32,000 nucleotides of DNA. Origin: Promethearchaeia archaeon (GTDB lineage Archaea; Asgardarchaeota; Lokiarchaeia; Sigyniarchaeales; SOKP01). Location of the stretch: contig JAWOFX010000092.1 of NCBI GenBank assembly GCA_046497275.1, positions 5,682 through 37,681 on the forward strand, given 5' to 3'. Under the pieces are notes generated by a model. The model was not told the DNA's origin, did not search any database, and saw only the letters and a program-made list of their open reading frames with translations. Position 1 is the first letter of the stretch. Each line of letters opens with the position of its first letter. Below are positions 8,472-18,871 of this stretch, piece by piece. The translations under genes and the position numbers were made by a program.

Positions 8472-10204
8472 ATGGTGGTGAGCTAATTGGTCAAATTCTT
8501 AAAAAAAAAAGAGTTGATTTTATATTCACATTATGTGGTGGGCATATAGCACCAATTTTAGTTGGAGCCAAAAAACAAGGATTAAGAGTTATTGATGTGC
8601 GACATGAGCCTACAGCGGTTTTTGCAGCAGATGCAGTTTCACGACTTACGGGTATACCAGGTGTTGCAGTTGTTACAGCAGGTCCAGGAGTGACTAACTC
8701 GGTTACTGCTGTAAAGAATGCTCAAATGGCACAATCTCCACTAATTTTATTAGGAGGTGCAGCAGCAACAGTTTTACAAGGGAGGGGGGCCCTTCAAGAT
8801 ATTGAACAACTTGATTTATATAAATCAATTGTAAAATGGGAAACCTCGATAGAGCAGAATTGCGATATTGAACCGATTTTGAATGAAGCTTTTGAAGTTT
8901 CAATGTCGGGAATTCCAGGTCCGGTTTTTATAGAATGTCCAATCGACGTATTATATGAAGAAGAACTTGTTAGAGAATGGTATGGAAAACGTTCGAAATC
9001 TCAAATCAACTCTTTAAAACAGAAAGTGGTTAATTGGTACCTTCAGAGACATGTAGATAAGCTTTTTGCATGTTCAATTGATGATGTAAAAAATAAAGAA
9101 AATGAGGATATTGTACCATTTTCTGTCGATCAAGAACAATTACAGAAAGTTGCTTCTCAAATTAACAATTCAAAAAAACCCGTTTTGATATTAGGAAGTC
9201 AAGCCACAAAACGAGTTGAATTAGTTTATGAACTTGCAGAGGGATTGAAAAATTTTGGGGTACCTGTTTTTTTAGCAAGCATGTCAAGAGGGCTACTTGG
9301 AAGGGATCATCCTTCATATTTTCGTCATGGACGTTCAAAGGCGCTTAAAGAAGCAGATTTAATAATAATATGTGGAATGCCTTGTGATTTTAGATTAAAT
9401 TATGGAAGAGCACTTAATAAAGGAGCTTTCCATATAGCAATCAATAGAAGTAAAGATGATTTGACTAATAATAAAAAACCAGATATGGCAATTCAAGCCG
9501 ATCCCGCAACATTTTTAGTAGAACTTTCTAAATCATTCTCATTTGAAAGAGAAAAATGGTTTCAATGGTATGAGACTTTGAAAGAATGGGAAATGGGTGG
9601 TAAAGCCAAAATTGAAAGATTTGCTCATGTTGATACGGATTTTTTAAATCCATTAGCTTTTTTGAAGGAGATTTACAACTATATAGAGGATAATGTGATT
9701 ATAATAGGAGATGGTGGTGACTTCATTGCAACAACATCCTATATTATTAAACCACCAAAACCTTTATCTTGGTTGGATCCTGGTCCTTATGGCACATTAG
9801 GAGTTGGTGCTGGATTTGCATTAGCAGCTAAATTAGTGCATCCAGAATCAGAAGTATGGCTTTTTTGGGGTGATGGTGCAGCTGGGTATAGCATTGCGGA
9901 AATTGATACATTTGTTAGACATAGCTTGCCAATAATTTCAGTGATTGGAAATGATGCTGGCTGGACTCAGATTGAAAGAGATCAAGTAGAATATTTAGAC
10001 GATTCGGTTGGAACGAACTTGAAATTCACAGATTATCATATAGTAGCAGAGGGATATGGAGGAGAAGGATTACTATTAAAAAATAAGGCGAATATTTCCC
10101 GTGTGGTCAACCAAGCAAAATTATTAGCCAAAAATGGTTCTCCCGTACTTATCAATGCTCTTATGGGTAAGACAGATTTTCGAAAAGGCTCAATCTCAAT
10201 GTAG
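8468..10204 (+). CDS. ILVBL: ThDP-dependent enzyme of the ILVBL / 2-hydroxyacyl-CoA lyase 2 subfamily (acetolactate-synthase-like)
   Basis: [48 protein letters not shown], ThDP motif GDG...ND and C-terminal [10 protein letters not shown]. Start set at ATG 8468 (ATGA overlap with the thioesterase stop; GGAGG at 8454-8458). Confidence 0.88.
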   Translation: MNGGELIGQILKKKRVDFIFTLCGGHIAPILVGAKKQGLRVIDVRHEPTAVFAADAVSRLTGIPGVAVVTAGPGVTNSVTAVKNAQMAQSPLILLGGAAATVLQGRGALQDIEQLDLYKSIVKWETSIEQNCDIEPILNEAFEVSMSGIPGPVFIECPIDVLYEEELVREWYGKRSKSQINSLKQKVVNWYLQRHVDKLFACSIDDVKNKENEDIVPFSVDQEQLQKVASQINNSKKPVLILGSQATKRVELVYELAEGLKNFGVPVFLASMSRGLLGRDHPSYFRHGRSKALKEADLIIICGMPCDFRLNYGRALNKGAFHIAINRSKDDLTNNKKPDMAIQADPATFLVELSKSFSFEREKWFQWYETLKEWEMGGKAKIERFAHVDTDFLNPLAFLKEIYNYIEDNVIIIGDGGDFIATTSYIIKPPKPLSWLDPGPYGTLGVGAGFALAAKLVHPESEVWLFWGDGAAGYSIAEIDTFVRHSLPIISVIGNDAGWTQIERDQVEYLDDSVGTNLKFTDYHIVAEGYGGEGLLLKNKANISRVVNQAKLLAKNGSPVLINALMGKTDFRKGSISM

Positions 10205-10231
10205 CAAATTTTTAGTTTTATATCTATTTTC

Positions 10232-11140
10232 TTACTTTATATTTAAATTAAAAAAATTTATGGCATTTTGCGTAGTTTTTTCACTGACCAATTCTTGAGA
10301 AACACCATGGCTGTATGCGATAGCTGCTATAGAATATCGAGCATTAGCAGGAACATTAAATGGGCCTCGCTTATATGGATGTTGATAATAACTATCTGTT
10401 TCTGTTACTAGTGAATCTAAAGGGGAGACTTTAGTTGCATTTCTCCAATTTTTAAATCCATAAGAAGAACTAGGAACAGATAAAGTAAATCCCTTCTCAG
10501 GTAAGATTTTTCCATATTCTTTCGGGCCTGAAAAACAATGAAACATTACTTTTTTAAAATTAATTTTATAACCACTTAAAATTTTGAGTATTTCCTTAGT
10601 GGCTCCATCAGGTTGATTAAATCTATGGTTGGGGTGTTTTTTATCATATTCATGTTTAGCAGGATTTCGAACATGTAAGATATAGGGTTTATTAAATTCT
10701 TTTGTGATTTGGAATATTTTTTCTAATTCTTCAACTTGTTTATTTCTTTTTTCTAAGGTTTTCGCGTGATGAAAATCAAGCCCTATTTCACCTATTCCCA
10801 AATATTTTTCTTGATTATCTCGTATATAATTTATCCACTGCTTCCATATTTCATCATATTTATTCTTAGGTGTATAGGTCACGGTTTGTGGAGCCCATCC
10901 AGATGTGAAACCATAGTTTTCATCAACATTTTCCTTAAATTTTAAGGTCATTTTAAGTGTTTCCAAATCAATGGAGCTTGTAATTAAATAAAGTCCTCCT
11001 TTATCAAAATAATCTGAGAGTTGTTCTTTATCTGGTGGCAAACGATCGTTTTTTTTAGGGCGGGGAAAAGGTAGGTGGCAATGTACATCAATAAATTTTA
11101 AATCCTTTTTCGGCTCTGGAATATTGTCACTCTTAGACAT
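10232..11140 (-). CDS. tatD: TatD-family metal-dependent hydrolase/nuclease
   Basis: DVHCHL, GIGEIGLDF, LHVR, FHCFSG and ETDS; all metal ligands are present. Confidence 0.92.
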   Translation of the reverse strand: MSKSDNIPEPKKDLKFIDVHCHLPFPRPKKNDRLPPDKEQLSDYFDKGGLYLITSSIDLETLKMTLKFKENVDENYGFTSGWAPQTVTYTPKNKYDEIWKQWINYIRDNQEKYLGIGEIGLDFHHAKTLEKRNKQVEELEKIFQITKEFNKPYILHVRNPAKHEYDKKHPNHRFNQPDGATKEILKILSGYKINFKKVMFHCFSGPKEYGKILPEKGFTLSVPSSSYGFKNWRNATKVSPLDSLVTETDSYYQHPYKRGPFNVPANARYSIAAIAYSHGVSQELVSEKTTQNAINFFNLNIK

Positions 11141-11344
11141 AAAAAATTCTCTTTTCAGTTAAATTATCTAAAGAAATTATTATTAAATTAAATTCTTTTT
11201 GACTAATTGTATAAATTATTTCTCTAAGATTCTAGATATATACTTTTAAATCTTTTTATTTAACCATATTTATATATTCTAAGTTCAATCAATACTTTGA
11301 CTTGTTAATAAAACTAAAATTCATACTTATTAAATTAGAGCCAT

Positions 11345-11515
11345 ATGAAAGGCTTTAAAAAATTCTATGTGGCAGATAATGGAGTCGTGAAAATATATAT
11401 GGTCAATATTTTCAATGGTGAGGAAAAATTGATAAAAAAGATCCTAATATTGAATGAATTGTTTCTTACAAAATTGGAAAGCAAGGCTTTAGTCTTACCT
11501 TTTATTCATCGATAA
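11345..11515 (+). CDS. Possible small protein (56 aa), below the ORF-track cutoff
   Basis: Hand-translated ATG..TAA ORF MKGFKKFYVADNGVVKIYMVNIFNGEEKLIKKILILNELFLTKLESKALVLPFIHR fills otherwise empty space. No homology recognised. Confidence 0.25.
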   Translation: MKGFKKFYVADNGVVKIYMVNIFNGEEKLIKKILILNELFLTKLESKALVLPFIHR

Positions 11516-11571
11516 AAGATCATTTCATAATATAATTTTATAAAAATAAAATTTAAGAATAGTAAAATAAA

Positions 11572-11985
11572 ATGTTTGAAGAAATCTTTAATAAAATTGA
11601 AGAATTAAAAAATCTGGAAAAAGATATAGAACCTAAGATAGATGAGTTAAATAATCAAAGAGATAATGAATTACAAAAAATAAATCAAAAATATGAGGAG
11701 AAGATTTCTCACGTTTCAAATGAAGTAGAAACTTACCGGAAAAATTTGATGAAACTTATTTATGATTCATTTGAAAATGCAGTAATGAATGAGTTTGATG
11801 CGAAAAGAAGTACTAGCGAATACTCAATAACCCCTCAAATTAGAGAGTACAAAGAAGCGATGAAAAAAGTAGAATTCTTTCCTGAAAAATTAATTGAAAA
11901 ATTAGAGAAAGTCATTGCACAAGAAGAACCAATTGAAAATCTTGCGTATGATTTAGAAAAGATAGAAAGTCAATATTTCTCATAA
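11572..11985 (+). CDS. Hypothetical coiled-coil protein
   Basis: 137 aa, E/K-rich heptad pattern, ATG start after an AT-rich promoter-like tract. Confidence 0.8.
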   Translation: MFEEIFNKIEELKNLEKDIEPKIDELNNQRDNELQKINQKYEEKISHVSNEVETYRKNLMKLIYDSFENAVMNEFDAKRSTSEYSITPQIREYKEAMKKVEFFPEKLIEKLEKVIAQEEPIENLAYDLEKIESQYFS

Positions 11986-12197
11986 TTATCTCTTTTCCTT
12001 ATTTCTAGGATAATAAATGGAAGTATATCATACTTTCTTAGTTATATGAACATATTGAGCCTTAATTTAAATTTATTTAGAATTTTTTCTTTATAATCAT
12101 GAAAAACTGAATATAGTGTGAATATTACTTGATTTTATAATTATCTTTTAGGTGACCTAATTTCATAGAAATATAATTTTAAATTAGAGAAATTTTC

Positions 12198-12341
12198 ATG
12201 GAATTATTAGAGACAGAAATTGAGATATATAATAGTAAATTAAGATTATTAAATTGGTTATGGGATGAGATAAAGTTATATGATGATAATTTAAAACAAG
12301 AAATTAATCAAAAGGGTAAAGAATTGCCCATAAATCTTTAA
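12198..12341 (+). CDS. Possible small helical protein (47 aa)
   Basis: Hand-translated ORF MELLETEIEIYNSKLRLLNWLWDEIKLYDDNLKQEINQKGKELPINL; purine-rich, amphipathic, sits in a 480-bp gap. Confidence 0.35.
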   Translation: MELLETEIEIYNSKLRLLNWLWDEIKLYDDNLKQEINQKGKELPINL

Positions 12342-12465
12342 TTCATATAAAAAAACTAAAGTTTCAATTAAATTTCATTTATAAAATACTTAGATCCTCT
12401 AAAAATGATTTTTTATTTTTCAATTGATTTAAAAATAATTAGTTTCTTAGTTTTATTAAAAAATT

Positions 12466-13425
12466 ATGAAAAAAATGTCAAATTTATTGTCTAAGCTTCT
12501 TAAAAAACAATATATTCCACTTTATATATGTTTCATACTTACACTTCTTCTTTATGGTGTTATTTATTTAATTGCCGCTTTTCCAACTATTTTGGCTCCT
12601 TTGGGAATTCCCGAAGTATTCGTAGAAACCTTCGTTTTAATAATTCCTGGTCCATTATGGTCGGATATTATATTATTATATTTGTTTCCTTTATTAACTT
12701 ATCTCGGAATACAATATCTTAGTCCTTATTCTACATTATTTTATACAAAATCTCATAAATCTTTCTATATCTTAAGAACTAAACCTATTTACGGTATATA
12801 TCAAACTAAATCAGAAATAAGTGGTGCTAAATTATTACTCCGTTTATTAAAAGGAAGTTTTTTATGTTTTGTAATAGCTTCATGGTTTATACAAAGTGGG
12901 TTTCATCCTTATTTTCGAGATATGACAAGTGCGGATCCAGCATATGAAGCCTTATTTAGAACAGAAGCATTATTTCTAGCAACTTTCTTTTTTACTCCAT
13001 TAATTATTTTGATTTATTTTCCTCTATGGAATTTAGAAGATGCGGGTATAATTGCTTATAGAAAATTTAATAAGAAACGAAAAAACCCAGATATTGAAGG
13101 AGTAAATAGAATATTTCGAGATTTCATCGAATATTTTATAGGTTTTACAACTATATATGTTTATTTCAATCGTATATACAAGACATTTGTCTTTCTTCTG
13201 TATGAAAACCCCTATGGACCGGACTTTGCTGCGTTATTTATTCCAATACTTTTAATATTTCTTCCTTTCCTTATTTCTGGTTTATTTTCTATTCCAATGC
13301 TCCTATATGAAATAAAATTTAAAAAAAATATGAATCGAATTCATGTATATTTTGAAATGAAAGATTTTTCATATATAGAAATTCCCAATTTTGAGAATTT
13401 GGTTAAAGAAAGAGATATTAAGTAA
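12466..13425 (+). CDS. Hypothetical multi-pass membrane protein (about 6 TM)
   Basis: Alternating hydrophobic segments with a polar cytoplasmic motif WNLEDAGI..Y..RKNPDIEGV. Confidence 0.8.
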   Translation: MKKMSNLLSKLLKKQYIPLYICFILTLLLYGVIYLIAAFPTILAPLGIPEVFVETFVLIIPGPLWSDIILLYLFPLLTYLGIQYLSPYSTLFYTKSHKSFYILRTKPIYGIYQTKSEISGAKLLLRLLKGSFLCFVIASWFIQSGFHPYFRDMTSADPAYEALFRTEALFLATFFFTPLIILIYFPLWNLEDAGIIAYRKFNKKRKNPDIEGVNRIFRDFIEYFIGFTTIYVYFNRIYKTFVFLLYENPYGPDFAALFIPILLIFLPFLISGLFSIPMLLYEIKFKKNMNRIHVYFEMKDFSYIEIPNFENLVKERDIK

Positions 13426-13459
13426 TAATTCAATATTAAATTTATTTCTTTTTTTTCGG

Positions 13460-14761
13460 TTAGATTTTTAAAATTTCAGTATCTTCGTAGCCTTCTGCCA
13501 ATTTAGGTTTTATGAAATGAATTGAACTTAGATAAAAGGGGATTAAGCATAATTCTACAAAAATTGAAATTATGAATGGCGCTTTTAATCCTAAAAAATC
13601 AACGGCTAACCCTCCGAATAAAGGTCCTATAATAAATCCAAAACTTCTAAAAAATCTATATGCTCCCATCATTTTACCTCGATGACCAATAGAAATTCTA
13701 CTATAAATATTTTGCATTAAAATATTTCCAATATTTACTATTGCTGTATCAAATGTCAGGAGTAGTGAAAACAATATGATGTTATCAATATTGATTATTG
13801 CCCACGTAATAGAGGCTCCGATTATACTTATAATGAGTAATCCTAACGTTGGACTAATTCTATCAATGATATCTCCTAATTTAGGAGCAAGGAACATTGC
13901 GATAATACCACTTGGAATATAGGCAAGCATCGCAAATATAGTATTATCAACAATCTCTTCAATAACATAGACATTTAGGAAAGGTTTAGCAAGCGATCCA
14001 TTAATATTACTCAATAAAATAACCAAACAGAAAAACAGAATTCCTATTAAAATACTATTGTTTGTAATATTTCGATTATTATTCAAATCTTCTTTATTTT
14101 TCACAGAGAAATTATTTTTTTCTGTAGGGAATTTGATTTTTTCATCAACCTTATAATGGAAAAGAATGCCTGCATAAAAGTTAGAAATCCCATAAATCAA
14201 TATTGAACAATAAGTAAAAAAGAGATTATTTGGGAAAAAATAAATACCAATACCTAATATTCCAAAACCAAATAGTCCTCCTATAAATAATCCTTTTCCA
14301 ACAGCAGAATCTCTTTTTCCATATGCATGGGATCGATGATTTTTATTAGATTTCTCAGCAATGATGGTATCAAAAGGAATCCAAAAAAATCCTACAAAGA
14401 TTCCTATAGAAAATGTACCAATTCCAATATAAAAGAGAGATTTAAAGACAATAGCAAAATAAAGAATGAAATAAGCTATTCCTCTTCCGAAGGAACCCAG
14501 TAATATCAATTTAGTTCTAGATTTTATTTTATCGGTTAAATAACCTGTAAAAAATGTACTTATCAATAACCCAATAGTTTGAACTGAAAATATTAATCCA
14601 ACATCAAATCCAGATGCGTTTAATTCTTGTGTAGCGTAAATAGGGATAATGAATTCTAAAAAGAAAAACCCAAGACTATTAAAAATTACATTATTGATTA
14701 CAGATTTGAAATCATCGGTATATTTCTTCTCTTGGTTTTTATGTGTGTTTCTTATCTTCAT
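13460..14761 (-). CDS. MFS transporter
   Basis: About 12 TM; motif A GYLTDKIKSRTK in the first half, GDIIDRI in the second half, and HRGKMMG. Confidence 0.9.
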   Translation of the reverse strand: MKIRNTHKNQEKKYTDDFKSVINNVIFNSLGFFFLEFIIPIYATQELNASGFDVGLIFSVQTIGLLISTFFTGYLTDKIKSRTKLILLGSFGRGIAYFILYFAIVFKSLFYIGIGTFSIGIFVGFFWIPFDTIIAEKSNKNHRSHAYGKRDSAVGKGLFIGGLFGFGILGIGIYFFPNNLFFTYCSILIYGISNFYAGILFHYKVDEKIKFPTEKNNFSVKNKEDLNNNRNITNNSILIGILFFCLVILLSNINGSLAKPFLNVYVIEEIVDNTIFAMLAYIPSGIIAMFLAPKLGDIIDRISPTLGLLIISIIGASITWAIINIDNIILFSLLLTFDTAIVNIGNILMQNIYSRISIGHRGKMMGAYRFFRSFGFIIGPLFGGLAVDFLGLKAPFIISIFVELCLIPFYLSSIHFIKPKLAEGYEDTEILKI

Positions 14762-15089
14762 ATTCAGAGTAAATGTCAGATATATTTATCATAATAGTTA
14801 ATGTAAATTATATTTTTTTAAAAATTGATTAAAATCGATTTCAAAATCTTAATCATCATAATTAGAGATTTTATTTGGAAAGTTATTGATGAATTTCATT
14901 TATAACATTCGTGAAAGCACACTTTAACGCAGAAAGATATATATCTAAATGATATAGGAGTGATATATTCATTATTTTATAATTTGAAAAATGAAAACCA
15001 TGAATGAATAATCAAAAAATATTTGATACTGCTAATTTTTTTTAATTTACATGCTTTTATTTAAATAAGCATAGTTAAAATTATCGAGG

Positions 15090-17360
15090 GTGATTGCGAT
15101 TCCACTTACAAGAGTAGGTAAAAAGGATCTTGTGCCGATTATTCTGGTACTTTTACTCTTATTCGTCTCAATAGCATGTGCTAATATGTTAATTCCTTCT
15201 TATGCTGCTATAAAAGATGAATTTGGTATATCTGAATCCTTAATTGCAATACCAGATGCCTTTTTTGTGTTAGTTAGTGCGTTTTTCGCATTAGTTTGGG
15301 GATATTATACTGATAGAATAAATAGAACAAAATTAATCTTCGCTGGGGCATTTTCTTGGACAATTGGAATGCTTTTAACTGGATTTAGTATTAACTTGCC
15401 AATGATCATTTTTTCCCGTATGCTAAGTGGAGCGGGTTTAGGATGTGTGTTACCTGTGGGGTATTCCATTATTTCTGATGCGATCCCTCCAGATGAACGA
15501 TCTGGATGGTTCGGAATGCTTGCAATATTGAGTTCAGTTTCAAATGGTATAGGACAAGCACTATCATCATTTATTGGTCCTTTACTTACTTGGAGATTTC
15601 CTTTTTTCCTCTTGTCTGGAATAAGTTTAATAATTGTATTCTTTCTATTCTTTATTAAATTGCCCTATAGAGGGGCAAGTGAGATCGAATTAACAGAATT
15701 AGGGGATTTGAATCTTGAATATAGTTATAGAATTTCTAAAACTGATTTAAATGAAATAATTGGAAAAAAAACAAATCAATATTTGGTTATTCAAGGGTTT
15801 TTTTCCATCATTCCCGGTACAATTTTTATATATTTTTTAACCTCAATGTTTACTCTTATTTATTTTAATCCATTACCTCAAGAAATAAGACTTCAGACCG
15901 CTACTATTTTTGCAGGTTTGGTTGGAATAGGATATCTGTTAGGAAATATAATTCTTTCGGCACTTGGAGATTATTTATTTAAGAAAAATAAAAAAAATAG
16001 AGCAATACTAGCGACTATTTGTATGTTAGCTACAGTTCCAATCAGTTTATTAATGTTGTTCTTTATTCAGCCAATTGAATTAAATGCATTAGGAATAAGT
16101 TATCCATCTGTGATTTATCCCTCAGAAATTGCAACGTACTTATTTAGAACAATTGGCGCAATCTTTATTACCTATCCAAATTTTATTTTCTTTTTTATTT
16201 TTGCTTTGATTGGTTCAATTTTAAGCAGTGGTCCCGTCGCAAATAGAAATGCTGTTATGATTGACGTTAATTTACCAGAACATAAAGGAACAGCAGCCTC
16301 CTTATTCAACCTTTCAGAACAAATCGGAAAAGGTGTAACACTTCTAATCTCATTCCTACTGATTTCTTTACTGGGTAGTATTTACAGAATGATGATTTTT
16401 TCTGTATTTTTTTGGCTACCCGCAGGGGTATTATGGTTTTTAGCAAGTCGTAAAGTTGAAGAGGATATGGAAAAGAAATCAAAAATCTTAAAGGAAAGAA
16501 AACAGATCACTTTAATAGATTTTATTTTTGAACTTGAAATTCAAATGGACAGGGCAATACAAAAAATACAAGACTCTAAGTATTATATTAAAAAAGATAA
16601 AGAGAAATTTTTAGAGCTTTTAAATAACGCAATTGATATTCTAGAGAAATGTGAAAAACAATCTAAAGTAACAAGTATAACTAATATTCAAAATAAAACA
16701 AAAAAAATTAAAGAGAAAGCTAAACTCGTCAAAAATCAAGTGAAAGAGATTTATAAAGAACTTAAAAAGAAAGATATTCCAGAACAAAGAAGAAAAAGTC
16801 TTAATGAAGATTTAAACCAAATAAAATTATGGATGGGGGAGTGGGAAAAATCTACATTTGGCACTATTCAGACATATTATGAAGATGCGTATTTAAAAAT
16901 ATTAGAAGCAAGACTGTTAAGAAAAGTAAACTTTCTTGAGGCTTTATCTAAGATTCAAAATGCTATTAGCATTTATCATAGAGTTAAACATTTACTTAGT
17001 GAAAGGATTGATACGGTCGATAAGAAGAGTGATTTATCTGAAGAAGATTTAGTTGCCTATGAAAAAGAAATGGAATTACAGAAAAAATCTCGCGACGCTC
17101 TATGGGCAACTATACATCTCAAAAACCAAATCGATGATGTAATCTCAAAATTAGAAGAACATAATATTGATAAAAAGGATTTAAAAAAAATCTCTAATCT
17201 CACCTCTGAATATGATATAAATATTCATAAAGTAATATTAGATACCTTCGCTCAAGATAAAACAACAAAAAGAAAATTAAAATTAATCTTGGATGAGATC
17301 AATAAGAGTTTTAATGAATTCGACAAATTGTATGAATTGCAAGATCTTCAGGTGTTCTAA
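15090..17360 (+). CDS. Spinster-like MFS transporter fused to a ~300-aa cytosolic helical domain
   Basis: WGYYTDRINRTK, SRMLSGAGLG, IISDAIPPDERSG, ALGDYLFKK and DVNLPEHKGTA. Residues after about 452 are hydrophilic and helical. GTG start. Confidence 0.85.
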   Translation: MIAIPLTRVGKKDLVPIILVLLLLFVSIACANMLIPSYAAIKDEFGISESLIAIPDAFFVLVSAFFALVWGYYTDRINRTKLIFAGAFSWTIGMLLTGFSINLPMIIFSRMLSGAGLGCVLPVGYSIISDAIPPDERSGWFGMLAILSSVSNGIGQALSSFIGPLLTWRFPFFLLSGISLIIVFFLFFIKLPYRGASEIELTELGDLNLEYSYRISKTDLNEIIGKKTNQYLVIQGFFSIIPGTIFIYFLTSMFTLIYFNPLPQEIRLQTATIFAGLVGIGYLLGNIILSALGDYLFKKNKKNRAILATICMLATVPISLLMLFFIQPIELNALGISYPSVIYPSEIATYLFRTIGAIFITYPNFIFFFIFALIGSILSSGPVANRNAVMIDVNLPEHKGTAASLFNLSEQIGKGVTLLISFLLISLLGSIYRMMIFSVFFWLPAGVLWFLASRKVEEDMEKKSKILKERKQITLIDFIFELEIQMDRAIQKIQDSKYYIKKDKEKFLELLNNAIDILEKCEKQSKVTSITNIQNKTKKIKEKAKLVKNQVKEIYKELKKKDIPEQRRKSLNEDLNQIKLWMGEWEKSTFGTIQTYYEDAYLKILEARLLRKVNFLEALSKIQNAISIYHRVKHLLSERIDTVDKKSDLSEEDLVAYEKEMELQKKSRDALWATIHLKNQIDDVISKLEEHNIDKKDLKKISNLTSEYDINIHKVILDTFAQDKTTKRKLKLILDEINKSFNEFDKLYELQDLQVF

Positions 17361-17414
17361 AATCATGTTTATTAACACGTAAAAAAAGAAAAATGGGTGG
17401 AAGATTCTTATAAA

Positions 17415-17789
17415 TTAATTTAATAACGTGGAACATTCTGCCTTTAATAAAATTTTATAATTCTCTTTTTCTCCCTCCGATAGCTCTTTAATTGCCTTTC
17501 CTTTTGTATGATAATGATCTGGGTTTTCAATATCAAAACATAAGTTCATTAAAAATATTATACAGTTTTTAATGCTCTCATAATTGTCTGCTTCTTTATC
17601 TAAACGTTTCATTAATCTCATAAGATATTTAGAATTATATAACCATTTCTCTCTATTAAAATTGCTAAACTTATTATCTACAGATTTCTTGTAAAATTCT
17701 AGAATTTCGTCGATACACTTGTCCATTTTTACCAAAATATAATTCATTTTCATACAATTGTGATAAATGCAAGTTGTTAGATAGTGCAT
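17415..17789 (-). CDS. Hypothetical protein (true start may be a downstream Met)
   Basis: 124-aa ORF with several in-frame Met near the 5' end; no family recognised. Confidence 0.65.
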   Translation of the reverse strand: MHYLTTCIYHNCMKMNYILVKMDKCIDEILEFYKKSVDNKFSNFNREKWLYNSKYLMRLMKRLDKEADNYESIKNCIIFLMNLCFDIENPDHYHTKGKAIKELSEGEKENYKILLKAECSTLLN

Positions 17790-17930
17790 TTTATATAAAA
17801 AGATATCTATATTTCTAAAGTTCCTTTGAAAAATAGGAAATTCTTTTGATTCAATGATAGACTTGATCTAAGGAGCTTTAAAAAGAAAGAAGTCCTACTG
17901 TTTTAAGGAAGTAAAAATAGAAAAAAAAAT

Positions 17931-18479
17931 TTATACCGCGATTTTTTCTATAAATTGATCAATATCTTGTTCTAGATCTACTACATCCTCAATTTCTTTA
18001 ATTTCGCTACTCGCGAGTTTATTAAGAAATTCTTTCAAGAGTTTTTCTTTATCTTTATCTGTGGGAAATAAAAGAGAACTTTTATAATGCTCCCAGTCCA
18101 GGATGTTTGTGAATATTAAAAAAAGCGTTTCGATGTGTGAATATTCTATCAAACTTAATACTTTCTCTTTCGTGATAAGATCCTTTGTAGAATCTTTATA
18201 GAAGTTGCTAAGGTCATTATAATAATTAGTTAGTCTTGCGATATTTTCTAATTGTGTCTGCAAGGCTGCTTGATTGATAGGGCTGTCTTTATCTTGATAC
18301 ATGATTTCAAAATATTGTGAAATGAAGTCCTTAAGCTTCTGAAGTTTTTGCTGAAAGATCCTTGTCTTTACAATCCTTTCAAATAGCGGGCTCTCTTTAT
18401 ATTTATAGAATTTGAGCTCAAATTTCACAAGATCGAGTATATCGAAAAAGAGCTCGCGGACATTTATATCTTCAGCCAT
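17931..18479 (-). CDS. Hypothetical all-helical protein
   Basis: 182-aa ORF, ATG preceded by GAGGGG; no family recognised. Confidence 0.75.
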   Translation of the reverse strand: MAEDINVRELFFDILDLVKFELKFYKYKESPLFERIVKTRIFQQKLQKLKDFISQYFEIMYQDKDSPINQAALQTQLENIARLTNYYNDLSNFYKDSTKDLITKEKVLSLIEYSHIETLFLIFTNILDWEHYKSSLLFPTDKDKEKLLKEFLNKLASSEIKEIEDVVDLEQDIDQFIEKIAV

Positions 18480-18871
18480 ATATTTTACCCCTCTTATTTT
18501 TTTTTATTACAATAATATTTAAAATATTTTCCTATAAAAATAATATGCTATTGGTTTATAGATGATTTATAATCTGCTAAGTTCTTCTAATATTTCATTT
18601 AATAAAAAAGGTTGTTTGAGATGAAAAGATGAATCCTTGAAATTTAATTTACCGAATATTGAAAATTATATATTTATCTCTTTTACGACAAATATAACAT
18701 ACAAAATCAAAAAATACGACAAAATTTTAGTTTGTTCTAGCGCAACATAAAAACCAATAAGATGTATATATTTTAATATAAAATTAATGGTATATATGTT
18801 GAAAGGTATATACGAGGAAAATGTATTTATCTTTTTAAGAATAAGTTAAGGGGTTAGGGGTATATTTTTCC

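Noticed and set aside
8501-8510. A10 homopolymer near the start of the ILVBL-like gene as a phase-variation tract
   Set aside because: In frame (Lys-Lys-Lys-Arg); A/T runs of this size are common throughout the window.
10232-11140. TatD as part of a defence system
   Set aside because: No QueC, ATPase, retron or other defence neighbour; looks like a housekeeping copy.
7166-12722. Alternative ORFs 7166..7441, 8703..8903, 12528..12722
   Set aside because: Fully inside longer supported CDSs; no motifs.
18846-18860. TAAGGGGTTAGGGG telomere-like / G-rich tract
   Set aside because: Only two imperfect units, better explained as an RBS-like purine tract before ATG 18872.
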